In this document: piece by piece, positions 45,059-56,242 of the stretch
Numbering within the stretch: the stretch's first letter is position 1
Layout: every line of letters starts with the position of its first letter
NCBI GenBank assembly: GCA_963699545.1
Contig: CAVOUE010000007.1
Span: forward strand, 64,183 to 128,182
Origin: Nitrospirota bacterium
GTDB lineage: Bacteria > Nitrospirota > Thermodesulfovibrionia > Thermodesulfovibrionales > UBA9159
Length of the DNA stretch: 64,000 nt
Reading direction: 5' to 3'
Program-made: the position numbers and the translations under genes
Notes under the pieces: model-generated
Told to the model about the DNA's origin: nothing
Database searches by the model: none
What the model saw: the letters and a program-made list of their open reading frames with translations, nothing else

Positions 45059-47145
45059 ATGAGCAACTATCGAAAAAACACCGATGCTCAGGAATGCGAA
45101 TTAGAACGATTAGTGGCTGTGGGGGATAGCGACGCAGCATTTAAATTAGGAGAGTTGTACTCAAATCGGGGAAGATTACGATTCCAAAAGCTTATGACGA
45201 AATTACTACTCTTAAAGATACCTATGAAATTATGGCTATTCCTGCTTTAATAGAAACAATGAAATTAGGCGGTTATTCTCGTATGGATGCCGTTATAGCA
45301 TTAGGTAAAATTGGCGATGCTAGGGCTGTTCCTATTTTAATAGAAACAATGAAGTCAGATGGAAATGGGTATGGTTCGTGGATGGGCCGCTTGGGCATTA
45401 GGTAAACTCGGTGATGCTAAAGCGTGTTCGTATTTAATAGAAACAATGAAATCAGATAAAGATGAGGATGTTCGTGGGAATGCTGTTAGAGCGCTAAGTA
45501 AATCGATGAATCTAGAGCTATCCCTGCTTTACTAGAAACAATGCAATCAGATGAAGATTATAATGTTCGTTTGTGGGCTATTAAGGGGGCTTTTGAAGCA
45601 CTAAGACTCGTGCGATCTCATAAAAAATCAAGGGTGCGCGAAAAAGCCTCTAAAGCATTAAAACTTATACAATCCCGTAAAAAACCTAGAAAAGGAAAGG
45701 GAAAAGAATTAAAACGTTATCGTAGAAACTCTGATGCCCAGGAACGCGAATTGGAACGATTAGCTGCTATGGGGGATAGTGATGCAGCGTTTAAATTAGG
45801 CGAATTATATTTACAATCTGGGAAAATTACAATTCCAAAGACTGAGAAAGAAATAGAGGATTTTGAATACAATTATGGAACTATAGGAATTCCTAGTTTA
45901 ATAATAGCAATGGGATCGAATGATATGTATATCCGTGGGTTAATTTGCCAGCATATTAGGTGAAATTGGTGATTCTAGCTGTCCTGCTTTAATAAAAGTT
46001 GTGCAATCAGATGAAAAGGAATATGCCCGTGAAAACGCTGCTGAAGCATTAGGTAAAATTGGTGATGCTAGTGCTGTTCCCGCTTTAGTAGTGGCAGTGC
46101 AATCAGATAAAGATGAATATGTTTGTGGGCGGGCCGCTATGGCGTTAGGTGAAATTGGTGATGCTAAAGCTGTTCCTGCGTTAATAGAGGTAATGGGATT
46201 AAAGGCAGGGGTCCGGAGATCCACTGGGAAGTCACTGAAGCGTTGGGTAAAATTGGTGATGCCAGCGCCATCCCGGCATTAAAAAAAGTATTTAGATCAA
46301 GTAAAATTCCATGGATGCGCAAAGCAGCATCTAAGGCATTAAAAGCTATACAATCGCATAAAAAATCTAGTAGGGAGAAATTAAAACGTTATCGTAGGAA
46401 TTCCGATGCTCAGGAACGTGAATTAGAGCGATTAGCAGCTATGGGGGATAGTGATGCAGCATTTAAATTAGGCGAATTATATTTACAATCTGGGAAAATT
46501 ACAATTCCAAAGACTGAGGAAGAAATGAGATGATCTTGAACGCAATTATGGAACTATAAACGTTCCTAGTTTAATAATAGCAATGGGATCGAATGAAAAT
46601 ACGTATATCCGTGGATTGGCTGCCGAAATATTAGGTGAAATTGGCGATTCTAGAGCTGTCCCTGCTTTAATAAAAGTTGTGCAATCAGATGAAAAGGAAT
46701 ATGCCCGTGAAAACGCTGCTGAAGCATTAGGTAAAATTGGTGATGCTATCAGTGCTGTTCCCGCTTTAGTAGTGGCAGTGCAATCAGATAAAGATGAATA
46801 TGTTTGTGGGCGGGCCGCTATGGCGTTAGGTGAAATTGGTGATGCTAAAGCTGTTCCTGCGTTAATAGAGGTAATGGGATCAAAAAATGGCCACTGGGAA
46901 GTCGCTGAAGCGTTGGGTAAAATTGGTGATGCCAACGCCATCCCGGCATTAAAAAAAGTATTTAGATCAAGTAAAATTCCATGGATTAGCGCAACGCGGC
47001 ATCTAAGGCATTAAAAGCTATACAATCGCATAAAAAATCTAGTAGGGAGAAATTAAAACGTTATTGTAGGAATTCCAATGTTCAGGAACATGAATTATTA
47101 TCGCGAAATACCTTATTCGTTTTGGGTAATTTCTATTCTTGCTAG
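45059..47145 (+). CDS. Modular HEAT (PBS-lyase-type) repeat protein, three modules plus a degenerate stub, fragmented by indels
   Basis: Repeated ALGKIGDxxAVPAL motifs across ORFs 45059, 45541, 46001, 46243 and 46583. Confidence 0.8.
45711..47100 (+). repeat. 672-bp tandem repeat
   Basis: aaaacgttat(c/t)gtag recurs at 45711, 46383 and 47055; diverged first copy at about 45061. Confidence 0.92.
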
Positions 47146-47344
47146 GTATCATTATATTAATTTAAAGTGGGTCTTTTATGTTTTCTACATTTTTAGCTAT
47201 ATTATTTAATTTATTAGTTTTTTTAATCTTGTTTATATAACGGCATCAGGATGCATGGTAAACTTATTACTATGTATTAATTTATTACATATTAAGCAAT
47301 ATTTCATATTAAAGTATCATACTTAAAAATATTATAATGTCTTT

Positions 47345-48202
47345 ATGAGAAGACCTGGTTATTTAAATAAAATAAATTATTGGTTTAGTGGGTTTGGTCA
47401 AGTAAATCGAGAAAAAAATATACGAAGTATAGCGAATTCTTTGTTATCTGAATATTTAGGAATATTAAGTTGGGCTCGTAATGCACCATTTAGTGCAGCT
47501 ACTCAACAAGTTAATCAGTGGTTAAATACTAAATCCAGCATTTTTAATATTAACCCATATGCATTAATGCAAGAATTAAAGATAGTGGAACAAATTAATC
47601 AACAAGTTGTAGAGCAAAAATCAATTGAGGACTCTACTATAAAGGAAGTATCATTACTCAGATCAAAAATATTAAATGCTTGGAATGATTTAACAAGGAT
47701 ACCTTTTTATATTGGTGTAGATAGTGGTCTTCGCAGGGATAGGAGGACGATAGCTTTAGCAAGAAAAGTTGGGTTAATATACCCATATCAAGGTGATTTT
47801 AGTTATAATGATCAGACTTATATGTTGCGAATTAATGATATAACTAAGGATGGCACCAGGAGCTTCAAACTGCTAAATCTGTGTTACAGAAACTTAGTAA
47901 GGAATTGGATAGTGCTACGTCACAAGTTTCAGTTCAAATACAATCAACTGCTCCAGTCGTAACACCTCAACCCATCTCATCTCAAACGAGGGCCCCGGTT
48001 CCGGGTTCGACCACTCCAGTTACTACTATAGTTTCAACTGTCTCTGTTGTTGAAAAGTTTTCTTTGGATATGGAAGCAAAGATTAAAGAATGTGAAAATA
48101 ATTTAAATAGGTTATTGAGCATCTGGAATGATTACTAAAGCCAGAGTTCCGAATGTTAGATCTCATTGTGAGGCTGAAGTTAAGAAATCTGGGGTAGAAT
48201 AA
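47345..48202 (+). CDS. Orphan protein with an S/T/P-rich linker, probable frameshifts near 47870 and 48135
   Basis: ORFs 47345-47962 and 47881-48138 overlap; AT-rich; TATAAT 6 nt before the ATG. Confidence 0.6.
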
Positions 48203-48301
48203 AAGCCCGAGTACTGCCCCATTACGTGCTTATGGTAATTAATATTTTGATATTTTATTGTTATTAAATTTGATTTTTCATATAATGTTATTGAGGAATG
48301 C

Positions 48302-48587
48302 ATGAGTAGATATATTAATTTTGGTTATGGACAAAAACCGTCTATTTACTCAAGTTCAGCTATAAATCAGGTAGTAAGTGACTATTTAAAGTTTAAAGAG
48401 TGGTTAAGTGCTGTTCCCACTTCATCTCAACAGCCATATAAAGATGCAATGGTATAATGCATTAATTAAGGGGTATGAAAATCAATATGATTTTGAAATA
48501 ATTACTCCTGGAATGCCATGGTATGACATTGAGCCACGGCTTGAGCGATATATATCATCACAGCAATCTCCGCAAAAGGGAACTGAA
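48302..48587 (+). CDS. Orphan protein paralogous to the 47345 N-terminus, frameshifted and cut at the junction
   Basis: GAGGA RBS; MSRYINFGYGQ..SDYLKFKEWLSAVP../MQWYNALIKG. Confidence 0.6.
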
Positions 48588-48875
48588 GAGGTGCGGCCGC
48601 GGACGGGTTGGGCGGGGCGAGAACGGTCGGATCGTTCATGAGGGGGCGACGGCGAGGCGTCCGGTCCGGCCGTGCCGAACGATTGCGGGAACTGGCCGTA
48701 TGGTAGCCGATCCGCGGGCCTGACGCAGCGCGCGCACCGGGGACGAGGGACGGCAGCGGGTAAGGGAACGGGTATCGGCGGGCCGAGGCTCAGCTGCTCA
48801 GGGCTCGCGCAGATGCCCGGCACTGCGTCATTCCGGGGCCGCCCGTCGACAGCCCTCGAGTTTTGCCGGGGACCG

Positions 48876-49577
48876 CTACTGGTCGGTCTTGCCGGGCTGC
48901 TCCGCTTGCGTCTGGGCCGGCTCGTCGCCGGATCCCTCGTCCGCGACCTCGTCCCCCGCGTCGGCTTCCTGTGTGTCCTCGTCCAGGGCCTGGTCCTGCG
49001 CCTGGCTCTGCAGCTGCTGAAGCTCCGCGCCTGGCTCTGCTGCTGAAGCTCCTGCGCCGTGCGGGCCCGTTCCACGTAGCTCTGGTAGGCCGGCAGCGCG
49101 ATGGCGGCGATGATCCCCACGAAGAACAGGATCGGGAGGATGAGCGCGAGCACGACAACGCCCGTCGAGTTCGGCGGGGTCGGGCCGCCGAAGCGATTGG
49201 CGCCTTTGGTCCCCGGGATGATCCAGAACAGCAGCGGTGCAACCGGCACGATCAGGAGCAGCGACAGCCAGCCCGAGACGTCGAAGTCGTGGCAGCGTTG
49301 GATGGTCAGCATGACCCCGACGACCAGCATCCCGATCACCGCGGCGACGATGATGGCGCCGCCGAGCAACTCGATGCCGCTTCCTGCGGACAGCGCCGCG
49401 CCCAGCCCAATGACCGCGTAGAACACCAGCGTCATCCCGACTGAGTAGCCGATATAGCGGACCCGCCCGATGCGGCCGGCGACCGACAGCATCTTGACCT
49501 GGGAGAACTCCTCGGTGTCCGTGGTCGGCCACGGGCGCCCCGGGCCTCTGGTAAGGGTTGGCGGCGGCTGGCTGCAT
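48876..49577 (-). CDS. DUF805 membrane protein with acidic tail, frameshifts
   Basis: NPYQRP; GRIGRVRY; IQRCHDFDVSGW; PGTKGANRFG; GIIAAIALPAYQSYVER. Confidence 0.85.
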   Translation of the reverse strand: MQPAAANPYQRPGAPVADHGHRGVLPGQDAVGRRPHRAGPLYRLLSRDDAGVLRGHWAGRGAVRRKRHRVARRRHHRRRGDRDAGRRGHADHPTLPRLRRLGLAVAAPDRAGCTAAVLDHPGDQRRQSLRRPDPAELDGRCRARAHPPDPVLRGDHRRHRAAGLPELRGTGPHGAGASAAEPGAELQQLQSQAQDQALDEDTQEADAGDEVADEGSGDEPAQTQAEQPGKTDQ

Positions 49578-49724
49578 GACATCTCCTGTGGGTTGACGGG
49601 CGTGCGCTGCCGAGCTTGCCCGATGACGCCCGGATAGGCAGCTGCGGCGCAGATCCTGGCCCAAAGTATCGGCTCGAATGGGCTAACATTGAGCGTTCCA
49701 CCCCCCTTCGTTCGGGAGCCTGCC

Positions 49725-50934
49725 ATGAACCCTGCCGACGCCAAGATGCTGACCCGCTTTCCCGGCCTGGATTTCGGCCTCGGGGAGACCCTGGACATGC
49801 TGCGCGAGACCGTGCAGAGCTTCGCCGCCGGGGAGATCGCCCCGCGCGCGGCCGAGATCGACCGCAGCAATGCCTTTCCCATGGACCTGTGGCGCAAGCT
49901 GGGCGACCTCGGGCTGCTCGGCGTCACCGTCGAGGAGGAGTACGGCGGCGCCGCGCATGGGCTATCTCGCCCATATCGTGGCCGTGGAGGAGATCAGCCG
50001 GGCCTCGGCCGCGGTCGGGCTTTCCTACGGCGCGCATTCCAATCTGTGCGTGAACCAGATCCGCCGCAACGGCAGCGAGGCCCAGAAGCGCAAGTACCTG
50101 CCCAAGCTCATCTCCGGCGAGCATGTGGGCGCGCTCGCCATGAGCGAGCCCAATTCCGGGTCCGACGTCGTGAGCATGAAGCTGCGCGCCGACAAGAAGG
50201 GCGACCGCTACGTGCTCAACGGCAACAAGATGTGGATCACCAACGGGCCGGACGCCGACACGCTGGTGGTCTACGCGAAGACCGACGTCAACGCCGGGCC
50301 CCGCGGCATCACCGCCTTCCTCGTCGAGAAGGGCTTCAAGGGGTTCTCCACCGCCCAGAAGCTCGACAAGCTGGGCATGCGCGGCTCCAACACCTGCGAG
50401 CTGGTGTTCCAGGACTGCGAGGTGCCGGAGGAGAACATCCTCGGCCAGCTCAACAAGGGCGTGAACGTGCTGATGAGCGGCCTGGACTTCGAGCGCGCCG
50501 TGCTGGCGGGCGGCCCGCTGGGCGTCATGCAGGCATGCATGGACGTGGTCGTGCCCTACGTGCACGAGCGCGTGCAGTTCGGTCAGCCGATCGGCGAGTT
50601 CCAGCTCATGCAGGGCAAGCTCGCCGACATGTACAGCACCATGAGCGCCTCCAAGGCCTACGTCTACGCGGTGGGCCGTGCATGCGACGCCGCCAAGACC
50701 CCGGATGCCGTGCGCGCTCTGCGCAAGGATGCTGCCGGCGCGGTGCTGTTCGCAGCCGAGAAGGCGACCTGGATGGCCGGCGAAGCGATCCAGGCGCTGG
50801 GCGGCAACGGTTACATCAACGACTACCCGACCGGACGGCTGTGGCGTGATGCCAAGCTGTACGAGATCGGTGCCGGCACGTCCGAGATCCGCCGCATGTT
50901 GATCGGGCGCGAGCTGTTCGACGAGACGAGATAG
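49725..50934 (+). CDS. ivd: Isovaleryl-CoA dehydrogenase, frameshift near 49955
   Basis: [50 protein letters not shown]. Confidence 0.95.
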
Positions 50935-50971
50935 GCCCTGCCTTCGCGTCACACACCCTGGAGAATCGAGT

Positions 50972-52214
50972 ATGTCCGTCAAGTCCTTCGAGCCCAAGTT
51001 CATGAAGGTCGGCGTGCTGACCGCGGCGCTGCAGGAGCTCACGCCGCGCAAAGTGCGGGACCAGGATCCCGATCGCGCGATCGAGGATTGGCTGCAGTTC
51101 GCCAAGGAGCTCGGCGCGAGCTACATCCAGACTCTCGGCTGCGCTGCACCCGTCGCAGGCCGACATCCCGCCCGAGGCGATGCTCGATCCGGTGGCCAAC
51201 ACCCTGGACCTGCGCGAGCCGTTCTCGAAGTCGCGCGCGCAGCGCGTGAAGGCGGCCATGCAGGCGACCGGCATCGGCGTGTCCGATATCGGCTACTTCG
51301 ACAACATGCTCCACGACGACAACGATATCCGCAAGAAGAAGCACGAATTCATGAAGCGCGTGCTGGACGCGGCGGTGCTGTTGGGCGCGGATGCGGTGTG
51401 CGGCTTCGTCGGCCGCAACCAGGCGCTGTCGATGGATCAGAATCTGGTGTTCTTCGAAGAGGTGTTCATTCCGCTGCTGAAGGAATGCAAGGCGCGCGGG
51501 CTGTCGTACCGGGTCGAGCAATGTCCGATGCCGGGCTGGACGGTCAACGACAACTTCCACAACAACATCGCGTACGCGCCGGGTCCGTGGATCGCGCTGC
51601 ACCGGATCTGCGAAAAGCACGGCGTCGGCGACCAGCTGCGCATCCACTACGACCCTTCGCACGCGATCCTGATGGGACAGGACACGCGCTCGCTGTTTCA
51701 GTATCTGAAGGACGAGGGCTACGGCTTCCTGATCGGCGGCTTTCACGTCAAGGGCCAGGTCATCGATTCGAAGGGCGTATCGGCGTGGGGCTACGGCGGG
51801 CAGACCCTGGAGCGCGGCGACTGGATCGACGGCAAGCCTTCGCCGCGGCCGGCCGATCACCTCAACGCGTGGAAGAAGCAAGTGGTGCTGTGCGAGCACG
51901 AATTGCCCGGCACCGCTCGGCACGACCCGCTGGCCTATCTGCAGAACCGCAGCGTCGACTGGCTGGATCACCAGCTGGCCGCGCGCGAGCTGTTGAATCT
52001 CGACGTGGCGAACACCCACCTCGTCGTCGAGCACGAGTATCCGAAGGCGCGCATCCAGGACAAGGACAAGCTCAAGCCGATCCTGCAGGGCTCGATCGCC
52101 TTCACGCGCAAGATCGACGAGGCGGCGGCGTGCATGTTCGCGCTGCAGCAGGAGGTCCTCTCCGCGCAAGGCATTCCGGTCCAGGGCGTCGGACGAGAGC
52201 CGTACCGCAGCTAG
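50972..52214 (+). CDS. Sugar-phosphate isomerase/epimerase (xylose-isomerase-like TIM barrel), frameshift near 51132
   Basis: [25 protein letters not shown]. Confidence 0.8.
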
Positions 52215-52264
52215 TGTGGCGGCGTGCCTGTTGCGAACCTGCTTCGGAGAACGGGAGAACGAAA

Positions 52265-53395
52265 ATGGCCAAGAAAAGACTCAATGTCGCGATGATCGGT
52301 TACGCGTTCATGGGACGCGCACACAGCAATGCCTGGCGGCAGGTGTCCCGTTTCATGGATCCGCCCGCGGAGCCGGTCTTGAAAGTGATCTGCGGCCGCA
52401 GCGCGGACAAAGTGAAGGCGGCCGCCGATACGCTCGGCTGGGAGGAAGCCGCCACGAGCTGGGAAGAGGTCGTCAACCGCAAGGATATCGATATCGTCGA
52501 TGTGGCCACGCCGGGCGACAGCCACGCCGCCATCTCGATCGCGGCGGCCAAGGCCGGCAAGGCGGTTCTTTGCGAGAAGCCGCTCGCCAACACCGTGGCC
52601 GAGTGCGAGCAGATGGTCGATGCGGTGAAGCAGGCCGGTGTCGTCAACATGGTCTGCCACAACTATCGGCGCGCGCCGGCGGTGGCGCTGGCCCGGCAGC
52701 TGATCGCGCAAGGCAAGCTCGGGCAGCTCTATCACTACCGGGGGACTTACCTGCAGGACTGGCTGGTCGACCCCGAAGTGCCGCGTTTGTGGCGCATGGT
52801 GAAGGCGCAAGCGGGCTCGGGATCGCTCGGCGACATCGTCTCCCACACTCTGGATCTCGCGCTGCACCTGGTCGGCGACGTGTCCGAGGTGTGCGGCATG
52901 ATGGAAACCTTCACCAAGGAACGGACCATCCCCGGCACCGACAGGAAAGGACCGGTCGACGTCGACGACGCGACCCTGTCCCTGGTGCGTTTCGCGAACG
53001 GCGCGGTCGGTTCACTGGAAGGCACGCGCTTCGCCACCGGGCGGAAGAACTACAACCGCTTCGAGATCAACGGCAGCAAGGGCAGCATCGCGTTCAACCT
53101 CGAGCGGTTGAACGAGCTCGAGGTCTATCTGGAAGAGGGGCCGGACAGCGGCTTCAAGAGCGTGATGGTCACCGACGCCAAGCACCCTTACGTGGGCGCG
53201 TGGTGGCCACCCGGGCACGTGATCGGTTACGAGCACACGTTCACGCATACGTTCCTCGATTTCGTCAAAGGCGTGATCGAGGGCAAGTCGCCGGCACCGG
53301 ATTTTGCGGATGGCCTGAAGACTCAGCGTGTGCTGGAAGCCATCGAGACGTCGGCGCGGGGCAAGAACTGGGTGAGCGTGAAGGCGGGCCGATAG
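52265..53395 (+). CDS. Gfo/Idh/MocA oxidoreductase
   Basis: [39 protein letters not shown]. Confidence 0.93.
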   Translation: MAKKRLNVAMIGYAFMGRAHSNAWRQVSRFMDPPAEPVLKVICGRSADKVKAAADTLGWEEAATSWEEVVNRKDIDIVDVATPGDSHAAISIAAAKAGKAVLCEKPLANTVAECEQMVDAVKQAGVVNMVCHNYRRAPAVALARQLIAQGKLGQLYHYRGTYLQDWLVDPEVPRLWRMVKAQAGSGSLGDIVSHTLDLALHLVGDVSEVCGMMETFTKERTIPGTDRKGPVDVDDATLSLVRFANGAVGSLEGTRFATGRKNYNRFEINGSKGSIAFNLERLNELEVYLEEGPDSGFKSVMVTDAKHPYVGAWWPPGHVIGYEHTFTHTFLDFVKGVIEGKSPAPDFADGLKTQRVLEAIETSARGKNWVSVKAGR

Positions 53396-53444
53396 GTGAA
53401 TGCCTTGGTCCCGCCGCCAGGCCGATCCTGTTCAAGTCCTCCAC

Positions 53445-53526
53445 TGTCGTTCCCGCGCAAGTGGGAACCCAGCGCTGCTCAAGCACTTCTGGATCCCCGC
53501 CTACGCGCGCCCACGCGGGGATGACA
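53445..53526. repeat. REP-like inverted palindrome pair between convergent genes
   Basis: tgtcgttcccgcgcaagtgggaacccag ... ctggatccccgcc..gcggggatgaca. Confidence 0.75.
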
Positions 53527-53666
53527 GCAAAGAGATGGTCACTGGCCGGGAACGCGCTCCAGTCAAGTCGCCGCGCGCGACGCTGCTGGGCAGCGTCGGA
53601 CCGGCGCGTCGGCGTAGCCACGTTGGCGCACCTCGGCTGGCTCGTCGCCGGCAACGCGCGGTCCGG

Positions 53667-55350
53667 CTAGCGGAACAGTACCGCCGCCTTGTTGATCGTC
53701 GTGAACACACCCCACGCCAGCGGCAGGCCGACTCCCGAGCCAGCACAGCGCGACCAGGGCCGAGCTGGTCGGCTTCACGTCGGATGCGGCGTTGGCGGCG
53801 CTGTTTGGATCGCCCGCCGCGCGCGCCGCGGCCTCGTGCGCGATCCTCCGCTCCGCTTCGAGCTCGGCGTCGGTCATGTAATACCGATCGGCCACCGGGC
53901 GCACCAGCAGGTTGCACACGAGGCCCACAGCGAGCAGTCCGCAGAGGATATAAAGCGTCGTGTCATAGACGGCCGCCCGCGGGATGCCCTGGGCCAGCTG
54001 GTATTCGCGCAGGTAATTGACGATGACGGGGCCGAAGATACCGGCCGCCGACCAGGCCGTGAGCAGCCTGCCGTGAATGGCGCCCACCATCTGGGTGCCG
54101 AACATGTCGGCCAGGTACGCGGGCACGGTGGCGAAGCCGCCGCCGTACATCGACAGGATGATGCAGAACGCACCTACGAATAGCGCGATGTGGTGGGCAT
54201 GGCCGGACCATGGCGCGGAGGCATACAGTGCGATCCCAAGCAAGAAGAACGTGGCGTAGGTGAGCTTGCGGCCGAGGTAGTCGGAGGCCGATGCCCAGAT
54301 GAAGCGGCCGGCGATGTTGAACAAGCTCGGCGGCCGGGGGAAACCGGCCGCAATTGCGGCGATCTGCTTGAGCTGCTCCGAGGTCAGGTCGCCGAACTTG
54401 ACATCGAGGCCGATCAGCTGGCCGGCGAACACCTCCTGGAGCATCGGGGAGGCCATGCCGATCACGCCGATGCCGGCCGTGACGTTCAGGCACAGCACCC
54501 ACCAGAGGAGCCAGAACTGCGGCGTCTTCCAGGCGACGTTCAGGTGCACGTGCCGCTCGTGATCATCTTTCCGGCGTTCTGGGCGGGCGGCGTCCAGCCG
54601 GCCGGCTTCCAGCCCGGCGCTGGCAGGCGGTAGCCGAACGCACCGAACATCATGAGCACGAAGTAGATCGCGGCGAGCGCAAGGAACGTTTCCCATACGC
54701 CGACCGAGTCGGTGTCGCGAAATGCTTCATGAGCATGTCGGCCAGCGGCGCGCCGATCATCGCGCCACCGCCGAAGCCCATGATCGCCATGCCGGTCGCC
54801 ATGCCGCGGCGGTCGGGGAACCACTTGATCAGCGTCGAGACCGGCGAGATGTAGCCGAGCCCGAGCCCGATGCCGCCGATGATCGCCGGAGCCCAGCCAC
54901 AGCATCCAGATCTGGTGCAGGTAGACGCCGAGGGCGGAGAACACGAGCCCTCCGCACCAGCATAGCGCGGCGACCACCCCGGCCTTGCGCGGACCGGCGT
55001 GCTCGAGCCAGCCGACCCAGGTCGCCGCCGACCCGCCGAGGAAGACGAAGAACAGCGTGATACATCCAGCCGAGCGTGCTGATCTTCCAGTCGCAGCCGG
55101 TCGCGAACACGCTCGCGAGGAACGTCATGTCGGCGGGGCACGCGACCGGGCTGGTAATGCCGACCGCCCGCGACAGCGGCAACCAGAACACGCTGAACCC
55201 GTAGGCCATGCCGATGGACAAATGGATCGCCAGCGCCGCCGGCGGGACGAGCCAGCGGTTGAAGCCGGGCCGGGCGTAGGTCCGCTCCTTGGACAGCAAC
55301 CCGACGCCGTTCGCGCCGGCGCCGGGCAGTACTGTGGCGACCTCAGTCAC
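53667..55350 (-). CDS. OFA-family MFS transporter, several frameshifts
   Basis: [56 protein letters not shown]. Confidence 0.9.
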
Positions 55351-55715
55351 GGTTGTTCCACCTCGTTGAAATTATTAGGAATGACCCTTCTTGCTGTCCG
55401 GGACCGCGCGCCACGCGTGAGCCTACAGACCCAGGCCAATGAACGCAATATGCGGCAGAAAGCATATTGAGACGCGGGTGACGACCAGCAAATTGGTGAA
55501 CCCATGTGCACCGGGATTTGTCACCACGGCGTTCAACGCGGAACCTCTGCCGCGATTGCCATGCCGCCGATTGTCTTTACCCGCTCCCTTGCAGTTCCAT
55601 CCAGGCGACGATCCGAGTCCCGCTCACGGACTGGGTACTGCTGTTCTCCCCGTTCCGGGAGAACCGGGGCCGACCTGACACCAACCTGACGAAGGCGCTG
55701 GAGACGTGGCCGGTG

Positions 55716-55808
55716 GCGGTAGAAAATTGCGGATTGTACTGGCACTTTGTAGATATTGTTTGGATTTTCCTTTTCCCGTTTTTGTATTTAATCAGCAGAC
55801 ATCATTGA
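55716..55808 (+). CDS. 3' end of cytochrome c oxidase subunit III (cut by junction)
   Basis: [24 protein letters not shown]. Confidence 0.88.
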   Translation, partial: AVENCGLYWHFVDIVWIFLFPFLYLISRHH

Positions 55809-55812
55809 GGAT

Positions 55813-56136
55813 ATGATGGAACAGAAACAGCAGCTTGAGCATCGACATCACGTTGTACCAATACGAGTTTATATCACCATATTTCTTTCTTTAATGATAC
55901 TCACTGCACTTACCGTTTTTGCATCAACCAAGGATTTTGGTCCGGGCAACACTATCATTGCCGTTGCTATAGCGGCTCTAAAAGCGACTCTTGTAATTCT
56001 GTATTTTATGCACGTCCGCTACAACGATAACATCGTCCGGATTGCTGTATTTGCCGGCTTTCTATGGTTAGGCGTTATGATTGTTCTCACCCTTAGCGAT
56101 TACATCGCCCGCGGCTGGCTGCTCACTTACTGGTAA
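55813..56136 (+). CDS. Cytochrome c oxidase subunit IV
   Basis: LMILTALTV; IAALKATLVILYFMHV. Confidence 0.9.
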   Translation: MMEQKQQLEHRHHVVPIRVYITIFLSLMILTALTVFASTKDFGPGNTIIAVAIAALKATLVILYFMHVRYNDNIVRIAVFAGFLWLGVMIVLTLSDYIARGWLLTYW

Positions 56137-56242
56137 AATCCTAGCTCCAAATTTTTGCCTACCGATTCCATGAATCATTTTCATCGATTTGATGTTAACA
56201 ATTAATTAGACGCATGTATGAAAATGACTTATAACTTGGATC

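Noticed and set aside
44838-48587. Alternative genetic code in the AT-rich fragment
   Set aside because: Comparing repeat copies shows the breaks are frame changes from indels, not in-frame TGA or TAG at conserved positions.
44838-48587. Prophage or island inserted into ino1
   Set aside because: The missing 5' part of ino1 does not resume on the other side, and there are no att repeats or integrase.
48482-49927. 481-aa minus-strand ORF and other long shadow ORFs at 48.6-55.5 kb
   Set aside because: It crosses a fragment junction and only the DUF805 core is protein-like; high GC produces spurious ORFs.
50972-53395. 807-aa isomerase-oxidoreductase fusion in the ORF track
   Set aside because: Artifact of a frameshift near 51132 plus a stop-free GC-rich off-frame; the two genes have their own stop (52214) and start (52265).
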